Origin: the human T2T-CHM13v2.0 reference genome, Homo sapiens
Reading direction: 5' to 3' (one strand)
Length of the DNA: 64,000 nt
Assembly (NCBI RefSeq): GCF_009914755.1
Contig: NC_060932.1
Under the pieces are notes generated by a model that saw nothing but the letters and a program-made list of their open reading frames with translations, ran no database searches and was not told where the DNA came from. This document shows positions 14,176 through 30,100 of this stretch, piece by piece. The position numbers and the translations under genes were made by a program. Each line of letters starts with the position of its first letter. Within the stretch, counting starts at the first letter, position 1.

Positions 14176-14509
14176 CAGTGGTCCCCAACACCCAAGCCAT
14201 GGACCAGCATCTATTTGTGTCCTGTTAGGAACTGGGTGCAAAGCAGGAGATGAGTGGCTGACCAGCCGAGCATTACCACCTGAGTTCTGCCTCCTGTCTG
14301 ATCAGCAACAGCATTAGATCCTCATGGGGGCATGAACCCTACTGTGAACTGCACATGCGAGGGATGTAGGTTGCATGCTCCTTGTGAGACTCTAACTGAT
14401 GCCTGATGATCTGAGGTGAAACAGTTTCATCCCCAAACCATCCCCACTCTGTGGAAAAATTATCTTTCACAAAACCAGTCCCTGGTGTCAAAAAGGTTGG
14501 GGACCACTG
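14176..14509 (+). mobile_element. MER1B hAT-Charlie MITE
   Basis: Perfect 14-bp TIRs CAGTGGTCCCCAAC / GTTGGGGACCACTG. Degenerate 8-bp TSD (TAGTAGGC / CTGTGGGC). Confidence 0.9.
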
Positions 14510-14575
14510 CTGTGGGCAATTATATCACAATAGTAGTATCTGAACATAGAAAAGGTACAGTAAAAATATAGTAGA

Positions 14576-16814
<2,239 letters not shown>

Positions 16815-17474
16815 AAAACAAAAGTAAAAAAAAAAAAGCAGTACACCAGTATAGGATACTTACCATGAATGGAGTTTGCAGGACTGGCAGTTGCTCTGAT
16901 GAGTCAGTGAGTGCACGGTGAGTGAATGTGAAGGCCTAGGATATTACTATACATGACTGTAGACTTTATACACACTGTACTCTTAGGCTACACTAAATGT
17001 GTTTAAAATTTTTCTTTCTTTAACAAGTTTATCTTAGCTTATCATAACTTTATCTTATAAACGTTTTAATTTTTTAAACTTTTTGATTCTTTTGTAATAA
17101 CACATCTTAAAACACAAACAGATTGAACAGCTGTACAGAAATTCTTTATATCCTTATTCTATAAGCTTTATTTTTTTATGTTTTAAATTTTTTTGTTAAA
17201 AACTAAGATACAAACACACACACTAGCTTAGCCCTATAAGGGTCAGGATAATCAATATCACTGTCTTCCATCTCCACATCTTGTCCCAGTGAAAGGTCCT
17301 CAGGGTCTTCAGGGACAATAATATGCATGCAGCTGTCGTCTCCTATGATAACAATGCTTTCTTCTGGAATAACTCCTGAAAGACCTGCCTGAGGCCGTTT
17401 TATAGTTAATGTTTTTTAATGAGTAGAAGTACTACACTCTAAAATATGAATAAAATGTGTAGTATGGTAAAATA

Positions 17475-17900
17475 CTGTTGATCCTTGAATAATGCAAGGT
17501 TTAGGAGGACCAGCCCCTGTGCCGTTGAAAATCCATATATAACTTTTGGCTACCCCAAACTTAACTACTAATAGCTTATTCTTAACTACAAGTTTTACTG
17601 ATCAAATAAATAGTCAATTAAGGCATACTTTGTTAATTATATACTGTATTCTTACAATAAAGTAAGAGAAAAGAAAATTTTATTAAGAAAATCATAAGGA
17701 GGAGAAAATATGTTTGCTATTCATTAAGTGGAAGTGGATCATCATAAAGGTCTTCATCTGCGTCTTCATGTTGAGCAGCCTGAGGAGGAGTAAGAAGAAG
17801 AGGAATTGGTCTTGTTGTCTGAGGGATGGGAGAAGCAGAAGGAAATTTGCATATAAGTGGACTCATGCATTTCAAATCTATGCCGTTCAAGGATCAACTG
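17475..17900 (-). mobile_element. Tigger2a (MER28) DNA transposon
   Basis: TIRs CTGTTGATCCTTGAA / TTCAAGGATCAACTG, TA on both sides, internal AAGTGGAAGTGGATCATCATAAAGGTCTTCATC. Confidence 0.88.
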
Positions 17901-18174
17901 TACATAAACTAGTAACGTAGTCATTTATTATCGTTATCAAGTATGACATACAGAACATAAGTATATGTGCTAACCTTTAATGCCACTGACAAATGTAGTG
18001 GGTTTGCTTATACCAGCATCACCACAAACACATGAGTAATGCATTGTGCTATAATGTTATCATGGCCACAGTGTTACTAGATGGTAGGAATATTTCAGCT
18101 CTGTTATCTTAAGCGACCACCTTTGTATGCAGTCTAGCATTTACCAAAAAACCATTATGTGACACATGACCATA

Positions 18175-19640
18175 TTGGGGGCTTTTAGTGTCCCCTGTGC
18201 CCTGGATCCTTCTATTCAAAATGTGAACTCATGCATGGTTTAAAATTTGTGATGTTGTGCAGCGGATACATGGAGAATTGATATATTATTCTCGTTACTT
18301 TTGAATAGTTTGATGTTTTTAAAAATAAAAAGTCAGAAGAGTTTAGGTTTTTGGGGGTCAAATGATAATGAAATTTTTACCGGATTGTCTCACAGTTGGC
18401 TCAGTGATCCTCTGGGTCCATTCGATAGCTAAACAGACATGCTTGGAAACTGACAAATTTCCCACATTGGTTCACTTACCTACCTGGTGTACTCATGGTT
18501 TTACGAGAAGCGGACCCTGATTCATGAGTAGCTGCTAATAGTTTGGCTAGATGATCACGGAATTGAAAGGAAGAATATTAAAAGATGGATGATGAGAGGA
18601 TGACTTCTTAAAATAGACACAAAGTATGAAAATACTTGTATCCCAAGAAAAATCTCATTAGAGGGAATCCACTGAAGAGGAGTAATCATATGCATAAAAT
18701 GACATGTTGTATAATAAATGTTAGTCACCTGACACTTGTTCAATGGGCTCATGGACAAATGCACATGACATTAAGAATAAAATGTATTCATGACTTTACA
18801 TAATCAAATTGTATCTGGACCAATGTAGAACAACTCTAAGGCTAATATGACAACCTTCCCTCAGGGGATACCCAGTCAACTTGCAGATTGATGACACTGA
18901 GATGCATCCCTTAGGGAATTTGTCCTCATTGAAATAGATACTTATTTCGGGTACCAATTCACCTTTTACATTTGTAATTATTCTGCTGGTACTACCATGC
19001 ATGAACTTAAATAATTTGTTATTTACCATCATGATATCCCATACAATATTGTTTTTGACTAAGGAACTCATTTTGCTGCCAAAAAAGACATGTGGTAATA
19101 GGCTCACGTTTATGCAATTCATTGGATTTACAACAATTGGATTCTTCACCTAGAAGAATCTGAAATGATAGAATGGAATCATGTAACTCAGTTAATGCTC
19201 CCAGCTGGTAAACAACACACCGTAAGGTTGGGATGTTGTCCTACAGTGTGTGGTATAAACTTTGAATCAGTGACCAACGTGTAATTTCTCTTACAACAAA
19301 AACACATGAATCTGAAAATCAAGGGGAGGGAGCACCCTGCACTATTATGCTTAATTTGCACTTGCAGACTTTCTCTTCCCTTTTGTGAAACTTTGGGTTC
19401 TCCCCGTTTAGAGATATTAATTCCCAAGGGAGGAAACTTCTTTAGATGACAGGTTCCATTAAGTGGAAGTTGAAATACCACTTGGGCATATTTAGTTCTT
19501 CTTGAAACTAAAGGTAAAGAAAACAGTAAATCTATTGACACGTAATTGATCTAGAGATAACCAAGGTGAAATTGGGTTTCTCTATTCAATAGGGGCAGGA
19601 AGGACTATGTATGGAACACAGGATTATCTCATTAATTCCA
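18175..19640 (+). mobile_element. ERV-L internal region: pol/integrase and dUTPase remnants
   Basis: From 19021 the sequence reads IYHHDIPYNIVFD*GTHFAAK (integrase core, cf. HGIPHSIASDQGTHF). From 19556 it reads DNQGEIG...GRKDYVWNTG (dUTPase, cf. DYQGEIG). dUTPase after integrase is ERV-L gene order. Confidence 0.8.
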
Positions 19641-20119
19641 TGTGTAAGTAGTACATGAAAGAAACAAGCAATTGTTGTGCTGTTCACTGTGCAAAAGTAT
19701 CCCTTCTTCCTAACGCGGGAGGACTGCTTTTGCAAATATGTCTGTGCTATTTTTCACTGGTCCTGACTCTTCTGTTCTTGGAAACAAACTCAGTCCATGG
19801 CAGATCCCACTACTACATGAATTTCTTTATTAGTCCTGTTGCAAAAAGGAAATTTTGTATTAGCACCTCAGGGGCTTTCTTTAATTTTGCAAAAGTATAT
19901 CATCCTAATTTAATATTTTTTTAATTAAGATCTGGCAATGAGCAACCTCGCTCTGCTTCCTATCACACCCAGCTTACTCACAACTGCTTCAGGTGGCCTC
20001 CTCGTATTTTTAGGCTCAGAATTATGGCTGACCTCTGGTTTAATCAAACATAATTTACTTTGGTTTCTCATTTTCTTTATTGCTTCTATCTTCAAATTAG
20101 AAATCCTAGAATTTATTAA

Positions 20120-20425
20120 ATTTATTTTTATGTTTATTTTTGAAACAGCATTCTTCTCTGTCACCCAGGCTGGAGTAGAGTGGCATGATGACTGTTCATT
20201 GTAGCCTTGACCTCCTGGGCTCAAGTGATTCTCCTGTCTCAGTCTCCCGAATAGCTGGGACTACTGGCTTTCACCACCACACCCAGCAAATTATTTTGTA
20301 TTTTCTGTAGAGATGGGGTCTCCCTGTGTTGCGCAGGCTGGTCTCAAACTCCTGGGCTCAAGTCATCTACCTGCCCTGGCCTCCCAAAATACTGGGACTA
20401 CATGTGTGAGTCACCACGCCCAGTC
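20120..20425 (-). mobile_element. AluJ SINE
   Basis: Reverse Alu with J-type CTCCTGGGCTCAAG in both arms. Confidence 0.92.
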
Positions 20426-21038
20426 TAGTTCATTAGATTTAAATTGATGTTAGCACTGGTATCCTTTTTTTATTTTCCAATTGTTTTATGATGTATAAAA
20501 GAATGAAAAATTGCTTGAATTACCTATAGAATAAAAGAGAAAATAAATGTTTGTTCTCAGTGGCAGCATTCTAAAATGAAAATGGGCTGGGCTTTACTAT
20601 CACCAGATCTTGGTTTCAATTACTTTTATTCTATTTATTAGATGTTTGATACTTAATAAGTTATTTATTCACCATTGGACTTCCTCTCTTTATCTGGGAT
20701 TCTTGGAGGGTTTCATTAGGATAAAAGTATTTGGAAGAGAAATGTCTGGTATGTGAGTCACTTGAATGTTAGTTCCCTTCCTTGTTTAAAGGAGTACGAG
20801 TTAACTCTTATCTACAAAAGGAGAAAAGAGGGAGAAGGAGGAGGTGAAATGTTTTTATGGACACCAGCTTGGTAAATCTAGATATTAATATTACTAACTG
20901 ATATTCATGACACCATATTATATTAGAATATCCTAGAGGCTGACCAAAGGTCTTACGGTAGAAGAACAAAAACAAACTATAAAACACAAAAATTCAAGAT
21001 CATTCTCTAGAACGCTAATTATGAAACAAACTATTAAA

Positions 21039-21353
21039 CAGAGGTGGCTAAATAATTGCTCCAAAGATAAATATGACTCATTTGTTTTGCTGACCCACAC
21101 AGTGCTTTAATTTCTTAAATTAATTAAATTGTGGAAAAAATGGAAGTTACCACATAAAAATCCAATTTTCAGCCTTCTCTTGATAAACTCCAGAGTTTCA
21201 GTTCCCATGCAAAGCAACAATTAGCTGAAGCTGAGTATTGGCCACTTGTTTTAATCAACACTCTCCCCTCCATTCACAACATCCCCACCCAGCCTGCTGC
21301 CCCTGATCACACCTCCTGCCTGGCCATGAAAGCATTTCTATTTGCCACGCCTA
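21039..21353 (+). mobile_element. MER102-like hAT-Charlie element
   Basis: CAGAGGTGGCTAAAT...ACATAAAAATCC...GCAACAATTAGCTGAAGCTGAGTA...TTTGCCACGCCTA, with degenerate TIRs. Confidence 0.6.
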
Positions 21354-24300
21354 CTGTAAATGGTCAGTGAGCACAGCAGAATTTCAGGAACATTATTTAT
21401 TTTCTTTACTTCCCTAAACAAGATATATTTCAAAAGTTATGTAAAGATAATAGGCTTAAATTTGAATAGTCATATTTAGAGCCACCTGTAGCTATTGCAT
21501 TACAAATAAATAAGTTGATCAAATAAATATAGTATTAAAACTGTTTGTTTGGAAACTTCTGGAATAGCAGATTTTTTTAAAAAAGCTTCAAGTTGAAGAT
21601 GACATTATTTGTGCCAGATTCTCAAGTCTTCGTAGCTTCAGATATTTTTTTCTATGTATATGAATCCTTTGAAGGCGATCAGGGCTGACTGCCGAGGACT
21701 CTTTGTGCAATCCAATCAGGCTAATTTCAATTTTAAGTGCAAGAGACAGGCATGCTTTTCATTGTCTCCTTTGTGAAGCTGTGATGGATTGGCTAGGGTT
21801 GAGTTAGTAAGATTTCTAACTGCTTAGAAATTTGGCAAATGCTTAGAACAAATGCTGTCTTAAGCAGACTGTTAACTAATAAATAGACCTCAAGTCTGAA
21901 AATCTCCCACTTGCTGGTTTATTTTAAGAGCAGGGAAAAGCCCCGCTAAAACACAGAATACATTTTCACTTTGCAGTTTTGTCTGAAAAGCTACCAATAT
22001 TTACATTCCCACATGATTCAAATAAGAAGTGAAAGTAAGGAATCCCTGTCTGTAATAACATAGACTTGTAAGAACAAGAACTGGTAAGAAAAAGTACAAG
22101 TTTCTTAAAATATATTGTCTAAACATACTCCCATTTTCACCTCATCTATTTAAAATTACTTTACATAAATCTCCTTTTAAAAATATGTATAGAATACAAT
22201 GACATAAAATATTAAACAATTTAGGTTATTTTAGTTAACTAATAATGAAATACAATTATTTTTAAATGATTATCATATGTGTGTTCATATGTGTGTGTAA
22301 ATATAAATATATCAAATCATAATTTGAAAATAAGCATTAGCTATATGAGATTTAGGAAAAACTGAAATGTTTCCTAATAATATTCTTTAGTTTACTTTTT
22401 ATTACTTGTATTCTCCAAAAAGAAAAAGTATAAAGTAAAAGATAATGAACAAAAATAAAAAATATGTAAACAAATTTAATATCAATTTTCAATTAGAATA
22501 AAGAAGATTTTAAAAGTTGTTCTAATAAAAATAACACCTATCTGTTACTGCACATTATCCATGAGTGTGGAGCACCTCTAACTGCTTTACGTTAATTTAT
22601 TCATTTAATTTTCGTAACACTTACATGTTTTAAATACCTTTAGCATCATCCTCTTTTTACAAAGAAGGACCTGGAAATAACATAAGTTTCTCAAAGCTAT
22701 CAAGTAAATCCCTGGTAGCTCAAGATTCCAGGCCAAGAAATCTGGGTCTGGAGTTTTTATCACTACATGTTGTTGGCTCTCGTTTGCCAGGTATATATGT
22801 TTATGTTTGGATTTATAATCAGACTTTGCTAATGCTTTCTCCATTAGAAAGGACATGAGCCATGTTATTTGGGGGCTCAGGGCACATTAATTCTGTCTAA
22901 TTTTGTCTAATTCAGTTTCCCCATGCCACCTTCAGTGTGTTTGAAGTGCTCTGTGAACTTTCTGACATGAAAGAGGAGTTCGATGAAGCCTGGGGAGAGA
23001 AGGAGCAGTTGCATAAGATTTCACAGAGGAGCTGTCATTTCAGTTGAGCCTTGAATTGGATTGAGAACTCCCCAGATAGAGTTAGAGAGGACACATAAAT
23101 TGTGCCCATATGGAACTTGGCTGTGGAGAGGGGAGTGTTGTTGGAAATTTACTCTTGCCAGAAAAAATAGGAGATGAAGATAAATGGTAAAGGACTTTGT
23201 AAATCCTGCTTAGGGCCTCACGTCACACCTGGATCACAGCTCACCAAGCTGGAATACAGGGCTTGCCAAAAATCTTTCTGGATGCTATGGGCCACTTATT
23301 ATGCCTCAAAGGGGGAAGTCTTGGATAGACCAGACTCTGATAACACCTGAGACTTTCAGTCAATTCTAGCATTAAATGACATTTATATCAAATGTAGGAA
23401 ACCTTTCCTAGGCTAGTAAATTCCTTCTATTCTTCTCTTGGGAATCACTGGGCCCAGTCTCAAAGTCAGGCCTCTCTGGTGACTTCTGTGGCTCCGCTCC
23501 TCCACCTCTGCACTCATCCTCACCTACGGGTTCATCTTTCTCCTCACCCCTTACATTGTGCCCAGTGGAATTAAGCGTTACCTTGAACAAGTTCTTCACA
23601 CATTTTTATCATCCTTCCATATTCTAGAACTACCAAGAGGAAAAAGATGTCCTGGAAAGCAGGAGATGCTATTTTTATTTTTCTAGTGTTTTTTCCTATT
23701 CTGAACCCAGAGCCATCTATGCTGCATATTTCCCAATGTTTACTGTTCCATTGTTAAACAAAAATGTACTGAAGCCCAGGGCATCCAGCTATAATACACC
23801 TGTCTGCCCACCTCTATGTGATATTCACTTTCTGGGTCACTCTTCTGCATTTAGGAAGAATTTGGAGGCCTGGTTCATAGATTTATCCCCCATCCCAATT
23901 CCTGACATTTTTAAAGGAAGTAGAATTATTTGACCATTTGATTTCTAATGATTTTCACTTTCATTCAGTTTAAGCCACTCACTCCCAATGATTGCAACTT
24001 GGACTTTTGCATCAGCCAGAACCATGCATCTGTGAAATCTCAAACTCCTATAGGCCACTCTTCAAATCTAGTGCCTGCTAGAAATCAACTTTGTCTATTA
24101 GACTATAGACTAGTCTTCCTCAGATTTTGATAGTGACCTTTATGTGTCATTTTATGCTGCCACCACATACCTCCTTTCTGAGCATCTCCTCCTATTGTCT
24201 CCCTGACTCCATTTATCGAGGATGGTTGATTTTTGTTGCCTATATAGATGACAGCAGGCAGAGATGGGGTTTCATAAGGCAAGCACTAATAGAATTTGCA

Positions 24301-24637
24301 CACCAGAGGATAACTACTCAATAAATTTACTGATAGAAAAATGTCCTATGATGGAGTCTTTATTAAGCTTATATGTGAGCAAAAACAGGTGAAATCCTAG
24401 GGTTCTACTCTAGTTAGACTAAATGTTTATTCAAAGATAGGTTTATTTTGGCTTAATAGCCAACTGAACATGAAGAAACAATTGAATTGTCTATATAATT
24501 CAATGTAATCTCTTTGTATGCCCACCTGAAAGAAGCTTAACCTTGACCTAAGGTTTCTGTGTCTTAATGCAGTTTTCTGGGTATGTCATATGAATTATAT
24601 AGCATGTTGTTATAATGCATATGGAAACACATACACA

Positions 24638-24680
24638 CAGTCTAGTTTCACTAGTCATGGTAGTTATGTTCTAGAAAATC
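24638..24680 (+). mobile_element. MER82-like Tigger element, left end
   Basis: CAG...GGTAGTTATGTTCTAGAAAATC resembles the MER82 terminus (GGTAGTTATGTTCTATAAAGTC). Its partner end is at 41245-41428 on the - strand. Confidence 0.55.
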
Positions 24681-24896
24681 AATGGTTACCTCACGGCTTG
24701 CATAAAATATCTTGCAGTTATAACTTTTTATTTTAAGTCAGCTTCATAGCATACAAAAACTTTACAATGTTACTCTCCTCTGTAGCTTTATATTCTTATA
24801 GTCTGCGTTTAGTTCTTTATATATGGCACATACATTAACAATTTTTTGTGGTTATTGCTATTCTTAATAGTTTTGTCTTTTAACTTTTATATTAAG
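24681..24896 (-). mobile_element. L1M inter-ORF fragment, antisense to the adjacent L1MA
   Basis: The reverse complement reads AAAAGTTAAAAGACAAAACTATTAAG...GTTATAACTGCAAGATATTTTATGCAAGCC...GGTAACCA, like the L1M ORF1-ORF2 spacer. Confidence 0.6.
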
Positions 24897-27172
24897 GTGG
24901 CACAAGATAAGGGTGCCCACCCTTGCCACTTCAATTCAGCATAGTACTAAAAGCCCTACTCAGAAAACTTAGCAATAAAAAGACATAAAACACATCCACT
25001 TCAGAAAGGAAAGAGTAAAATTATCTCTGCTTGCAAATCACATAAACATATATGCAAGAAACCCTAAAGACTCAACAATAAAAAGACTATTAGAACAAAT
25101 AAACAAATTTAGTAAAGTTGCAGGACACAAAAATTAACATAAAATAATTAATGTTTCTTTGTACAAACAACAAGCCATCCAAAAATAAAGTTAAGAAAAT
25201 AATCCTATTTAAAATTGCAATGAAAGAAAAATAAAGACTTAGGAATAAACTTAAAGAAGCAAAAGCCTTGTGTGGTAAAAATTATAAAATATTGATGAAA
25301 TAAATCAAAGAAGACACAGATAAATAGAACTATATCTGTGTTCCTGGATTATTGAAATTATTATTAGACTTATTGTTGAAATGTCTGTACTACCCAAAGT
25401 TATTTACAGATTCAATGTAATCCCTATCAAAATCCTGATGGGATTCTTTACAGAAATGGAAAAAAAATCTCAAAATTCATACAGAACCACAAAATCCTAA
25501 GTAACCAAAGAAATCTCGAGCAAGAAGAATAAGGCTGTAGGCATCACACATCCTGATTCCAAAGTGGATTATGAAGCTATTGTAATCAAAACAGAGTGAT
25601 ACTGGCATAAAAATACATGTATAGAACAATGGAATAGGATAGAAAACACAGAAATAAATACTGCCAACTGATTTTCAAAAAACAGTGCCAAGAATACACA
25701 ATAGGGCAAAGATAATCTCTTCAATAAATGGTATTGGGAAAACTGGATACTCACATGCAGAAGAATGAAATTGTGTCCTAATACAAAAAAGTGGATTAAA
25801 GACTTAAATGTTAACACCTGAAGCCAAATAACCATGGGAAGAAATCAAGGGGAAAGAGCTTCTTAATATCGGTCTGGGCAATAATTCTTTGCCTATAATC
25901 CCAAAAGCACAGGCAACAAAGGCAAAAGCAAAAATAGTCAAGTGAGGTTTGCATTGAATTAAAAACCTTCTGCACAGTGATGGAAATAATCAACAGAGTG
26001 AAAAGTTAACCTATGGAATGGGAGAAAATATTTGCAAACAATAATTCTGATAAAGGGTTAATATCCAACACATATAAGAAACTCATACAAGTTGAAGGCC
26101 AAAAATTTAATAACCCTATTAAATAATGGACAAAGAACCTGAGTAGAGATTTCTCAAAAGAAGACATAAGATAGGCTACAGATATATGAAAAAGTGCTCA
26201 ACATCACGAATCATCAGGAAAATGTTTATATGGTACATACTTTAACAAATTGTAGTGGTTATTGCTATTCTTAATAGTTTTCCAATAGCAGATCCAAGCT
26301 ATTATTAGTTATCACATCACATCCTTTAGAATGCCTATAATCAAAAAGACAAAAGATAACAAGTATAAGTGAGGATATGGGAAAAAAAGGGAACCCTTGT
26401 ACTCTGTTAGTGGGAATGTAAATTGGTACAGATATTATAGAAAACATGGAGGTTCCTCAAAAAATTAAAAATAAAACTACCATATTATTCAGCAATTCCA
26501 CTACAAGGTGTATATCAAAAGGAAATGACATCAATATCTGCACTTCCATGTTCAAGGCAGTATTAATACAACAGCCAAGATAGTAAAATACAAGTTCATA
26601 AATAAATGAATGTATAAAGAAAATGTAAATACAACGAAATAGCTTTAAAAAAAGAAGAAAATCCTACCTTTTGGAAAACATGGATAAACCAGAAGGGCAT
26701 TATGCTCAGTGAAATAAGACTGGTACAGAAAGCCAAATATTGCATGAACTCACTTATAAGTAGAATTTAAATAACTAAAATCTACAGAAGCCGATAGTAA
26801 AATAGTGATTTCCAGTATCTGGGAAAAGGGGGAAAATGGGAACATGTTGGTCAGAACATGTTGCATGGAGTGTTTACTTAAGCAAGGTGAATATGTTCGG
26901 GAGAGCTAAGGTACAACATGATAACTATAGTTAACAATACTGTGCAGTCTACTTGAAGCATGCTGGGAAGGAATATCTTAAGTGTTTTCACCAACAAAAG
27001 AGAAAAGAAGGAAGGAAGGAAGGAAGAAAGGAAGGAAGGAAGGAAATGGTAACTATATGTGGTATTGGATATTTTAATTAGCTTGATTGCAGCAATCATT
27101 TTATAATGTATAAGTATTTCAAGACATCAATTTGTAAACCCAAAATATACACAAATTTTATTTGTTAATTAA
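24897..27172 (+). mobile_element. L1MA (L1MA8/9-like) 3' portion of ORF2 plus 3'UTR
   Basis: ORF2 motifs (ACAAGATAAGGGTGCCCAC, AGATTCAATGTAATCCCTATCAAAAT) and an MA-type 3'UTR (AACTATAGTTAACAATACTG, AATTAGCTTGATTG). (GAAG)n at ~27005-27043. Confidence 0.85.
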
Positions 27173-27187
27173 TAAAAAGGCAGAGCA

Positions 27188-30100
27188 GGTGGCTGGCAAG
27201 ATGGCCGAATAGGAACAGCTCCATTTGGCAGCTCCCAGAGAGACCAACGGAGAAGGTCTCTCTCTGCATTTCCAACTGAGGTACCCGGCTCATCTCATTG
27301 GAACTAGTTAGACAGTGGGTGCAGACCACAGAGGGCGAGCCGAAGCAGGGTGGGGCATTGTCTCACCTGGGAAGCACAAGGAATTGGGGAACCCTGTCCC
27401 CTAGCCAAGGGAAACCTTGAGAGAATGTGCTGTGAGAAATGATGCATTCCAGCCCAGATACTACACTTTTTTCACAATCTTCACAACCTGCAGACCAGGA
27501 GATTCCCTTGGGTGCCTATGCCACCAGGGCCCTGGGTTTTAAGTACAAAACTGGGCATCTGTTTGGGTAGACACAGAGCTAGCTGCAGGAGTTATTTTTC
27601 ATACCCCAGTGGCACCTGGAATGCCAGCGAGACAGAACCATACACTCCCCTGGAAAGGGGCTGAAGCCAGGGAATAAGGTGATCCAGCTCAGTGGACCCC
27701 ACCCACAAGGAGCCCAGCAAGTGAGATCCACTGGCTTGAAATTCTCCCTTCCAGTGCAGCAGTCAGAAGTCAACCTGGGACTGTAAAGCTTGGTGGAGGG
27801 AGGGGTGTCCAACATTACTGAGGCTTGAATGGTGGTTTTACCCTCACAGTGTAAACAAAGCCCCCAGGAAGTTCGAACTGAGTGGAGCCCACCACAGCTA
27901 GGCAAAGCTGCTGTAGCCAGACTGTCTCTCTAGATTCCTCCTCTCTGGGCAGGGCACTTCTAAAAGAAAGGCAGCAGCCCCAGTCAGGGGCTTATAGATA
28001 AAACTCCCATCGCCCTGGGACAGAGCACCTGGGGGAAGGAGTGACTGTGAGTATAGCTTCAGCCAACTAAAACATTCCTGCCTGCTGGCCCTGAAGAGTG
28101 CTATGGATCTCCCAGCACAGAGCTCCAGCTCAGCTAAGGGACAGACTGCCTCCTTAAGTGGTTCAGTGACCCCCATGCCTCCTGACTGAGAGACACCTCC
28201 CAGCAGGGGTCAACAGACACCTAATACAGGAGAGATCTGGCAGGCATCTTGCAGGTGCCCCTGTGGGATGAAACTTCCAGAGGAATGAACAGGCAGCAAT
28301 CTTTGCTGTTCTATATCCTGTGCTGGTGATACCCAGGCAAACAGGGTCTGGAGTAGACCTACTGAAAACTCCAGCAGACCTACAACAGAAGGGCCTGACT
28401 GTTAGAAGGAAAACTAACAAACTGAAAGGAATAGCATCAGCATTAACAAAAATAACACCCACACAGATACCCCATCTGAAAGACACCAACATCAAAGACT
28501 GAAGGTAGATAAATCATGAATATAAGGAAAAAACAGCACAAAAGATTGAAAATTACAAAAACCAGAATGCCTCTTCTCCTCCAAAGGATCAAAACACCTC
28601 ACCAGCAAGAGAACAAAACTGGATGGAGAATGAGTTTGACAAATTGACAGAAGTAGGCTTCAGAAGGTGGTTAATAAGAAACTCCTCCGAGCTAAAGGAG
28701 CATGTTCTAACCTAATGCAAGAAAGCTAAGAACCTAGATAAAAGGTAAGAGGAAATGCTAACTAGAATAACCAGTTTAGAGAAGAACATAAATGACCTGA
28801 TGGAGCTGAAAAACACAGCATGAGAACTTTGTGAACCATACACAAGTATCAATAGCTGAATCGATCAAGCAGAAGAAAGGATATCAGAGATTGAAGATCA
28901 ACTTAAGGAACTAAATCAAGAAGACAAGATTAGAGAAAAAAGAATGAAAAGGAACCAACAAAGCCTCCAAGAAATATGGGACTATATGAAAAGACCAAAT
29001 ATACATTTGATTGATGTACCTGAAAGTCACAGGGAGAATGGAACCAAGTGGGAAAACACTCCTCAGGATATTATCCAGGAGAACTTCCCCAATCTAGCAA
29101 GACAGGCCAACATTCAAATTCAGGAAGTACAGAGAACACCACAAAGATACTCCTCGAGAACAGCAACTCCAAGACACATAATCATCAGATTCACCAAGGT
29201 TGAAATGAAGGAAAAAATGTTCAGGGGAGCCAGAGAGAAAGGTAGGGATACCCACAAAGGGAATCCCATCAGACTAACATCAGATATCTCTGCAGAAACT
29301 CTACAAGCCAGAAGAGAGTGGGGGCCAATATTCAACATTCTTAAGAAAAAAGAATTTTCAACCCAGAATTTCATATCATCCAGCCAAACTAAGCCTCATA
29401 AGCAAAGGAGAAATAAAGTCATTTACAGACAAGCAAATGTTGAGAGATTTTGTCACCACCAGGCCTGCCTTACAAGAGCTCCTGAAGGAAGCACTAAATA
29501 TGGAATGGAAAAACTGGTACCAGCCACTGCAAAAACATATCAAATTTTAAAAACCCTCAACACTATGAAGAAACTGCGTCAACTAATGGGCAAAATAACC
29601 AGCTAGCATCATAATGACAGGATCAAATTCACACATATTATTATTAACCTTAAATGTAAATGGGCTGGCAAATTGGATAAAGAGTCAGGACCTTTTGTGT
29701 GCTGTGTTCAGGAGACCCACTTCACATGCAAAGACACACGCAAAATAAAGTAATGAAAGAATTATCCAAAATAAAGTGATGAAGTAATATTTACCAAGCA
29801 AATGGAAAGCAAAAAAATAAAAAAAAAAGCAGGGGTTGCAATCCTAGTCTCTGATAAAACAGACTTTAAACCAACAAAGATCAAAAAAAGACAAAGAAGG
29901 GCCTTACATAATGTTAAAGAGATCAATGCAACAAGAAGAGCTAACCATCCTAAATATATATGCGCCCAATACAGCAGCACCCAGATTCATAAAGCAAGTT
30001 CTTAGAGACTTATAAATAGACTTAGACTCCCACACAATAATAGTGGGAGACTTTAACACCCCACTGTCAATACTAGACAGATCAACAACACAGAAAATTA

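Noticed and set aside
29741-29790. Short tandem duplications here and at ~14079-14104, ~58061-58097 and ~61448-61498
   Set aside because: Real but ordinary slippage-type duplications.
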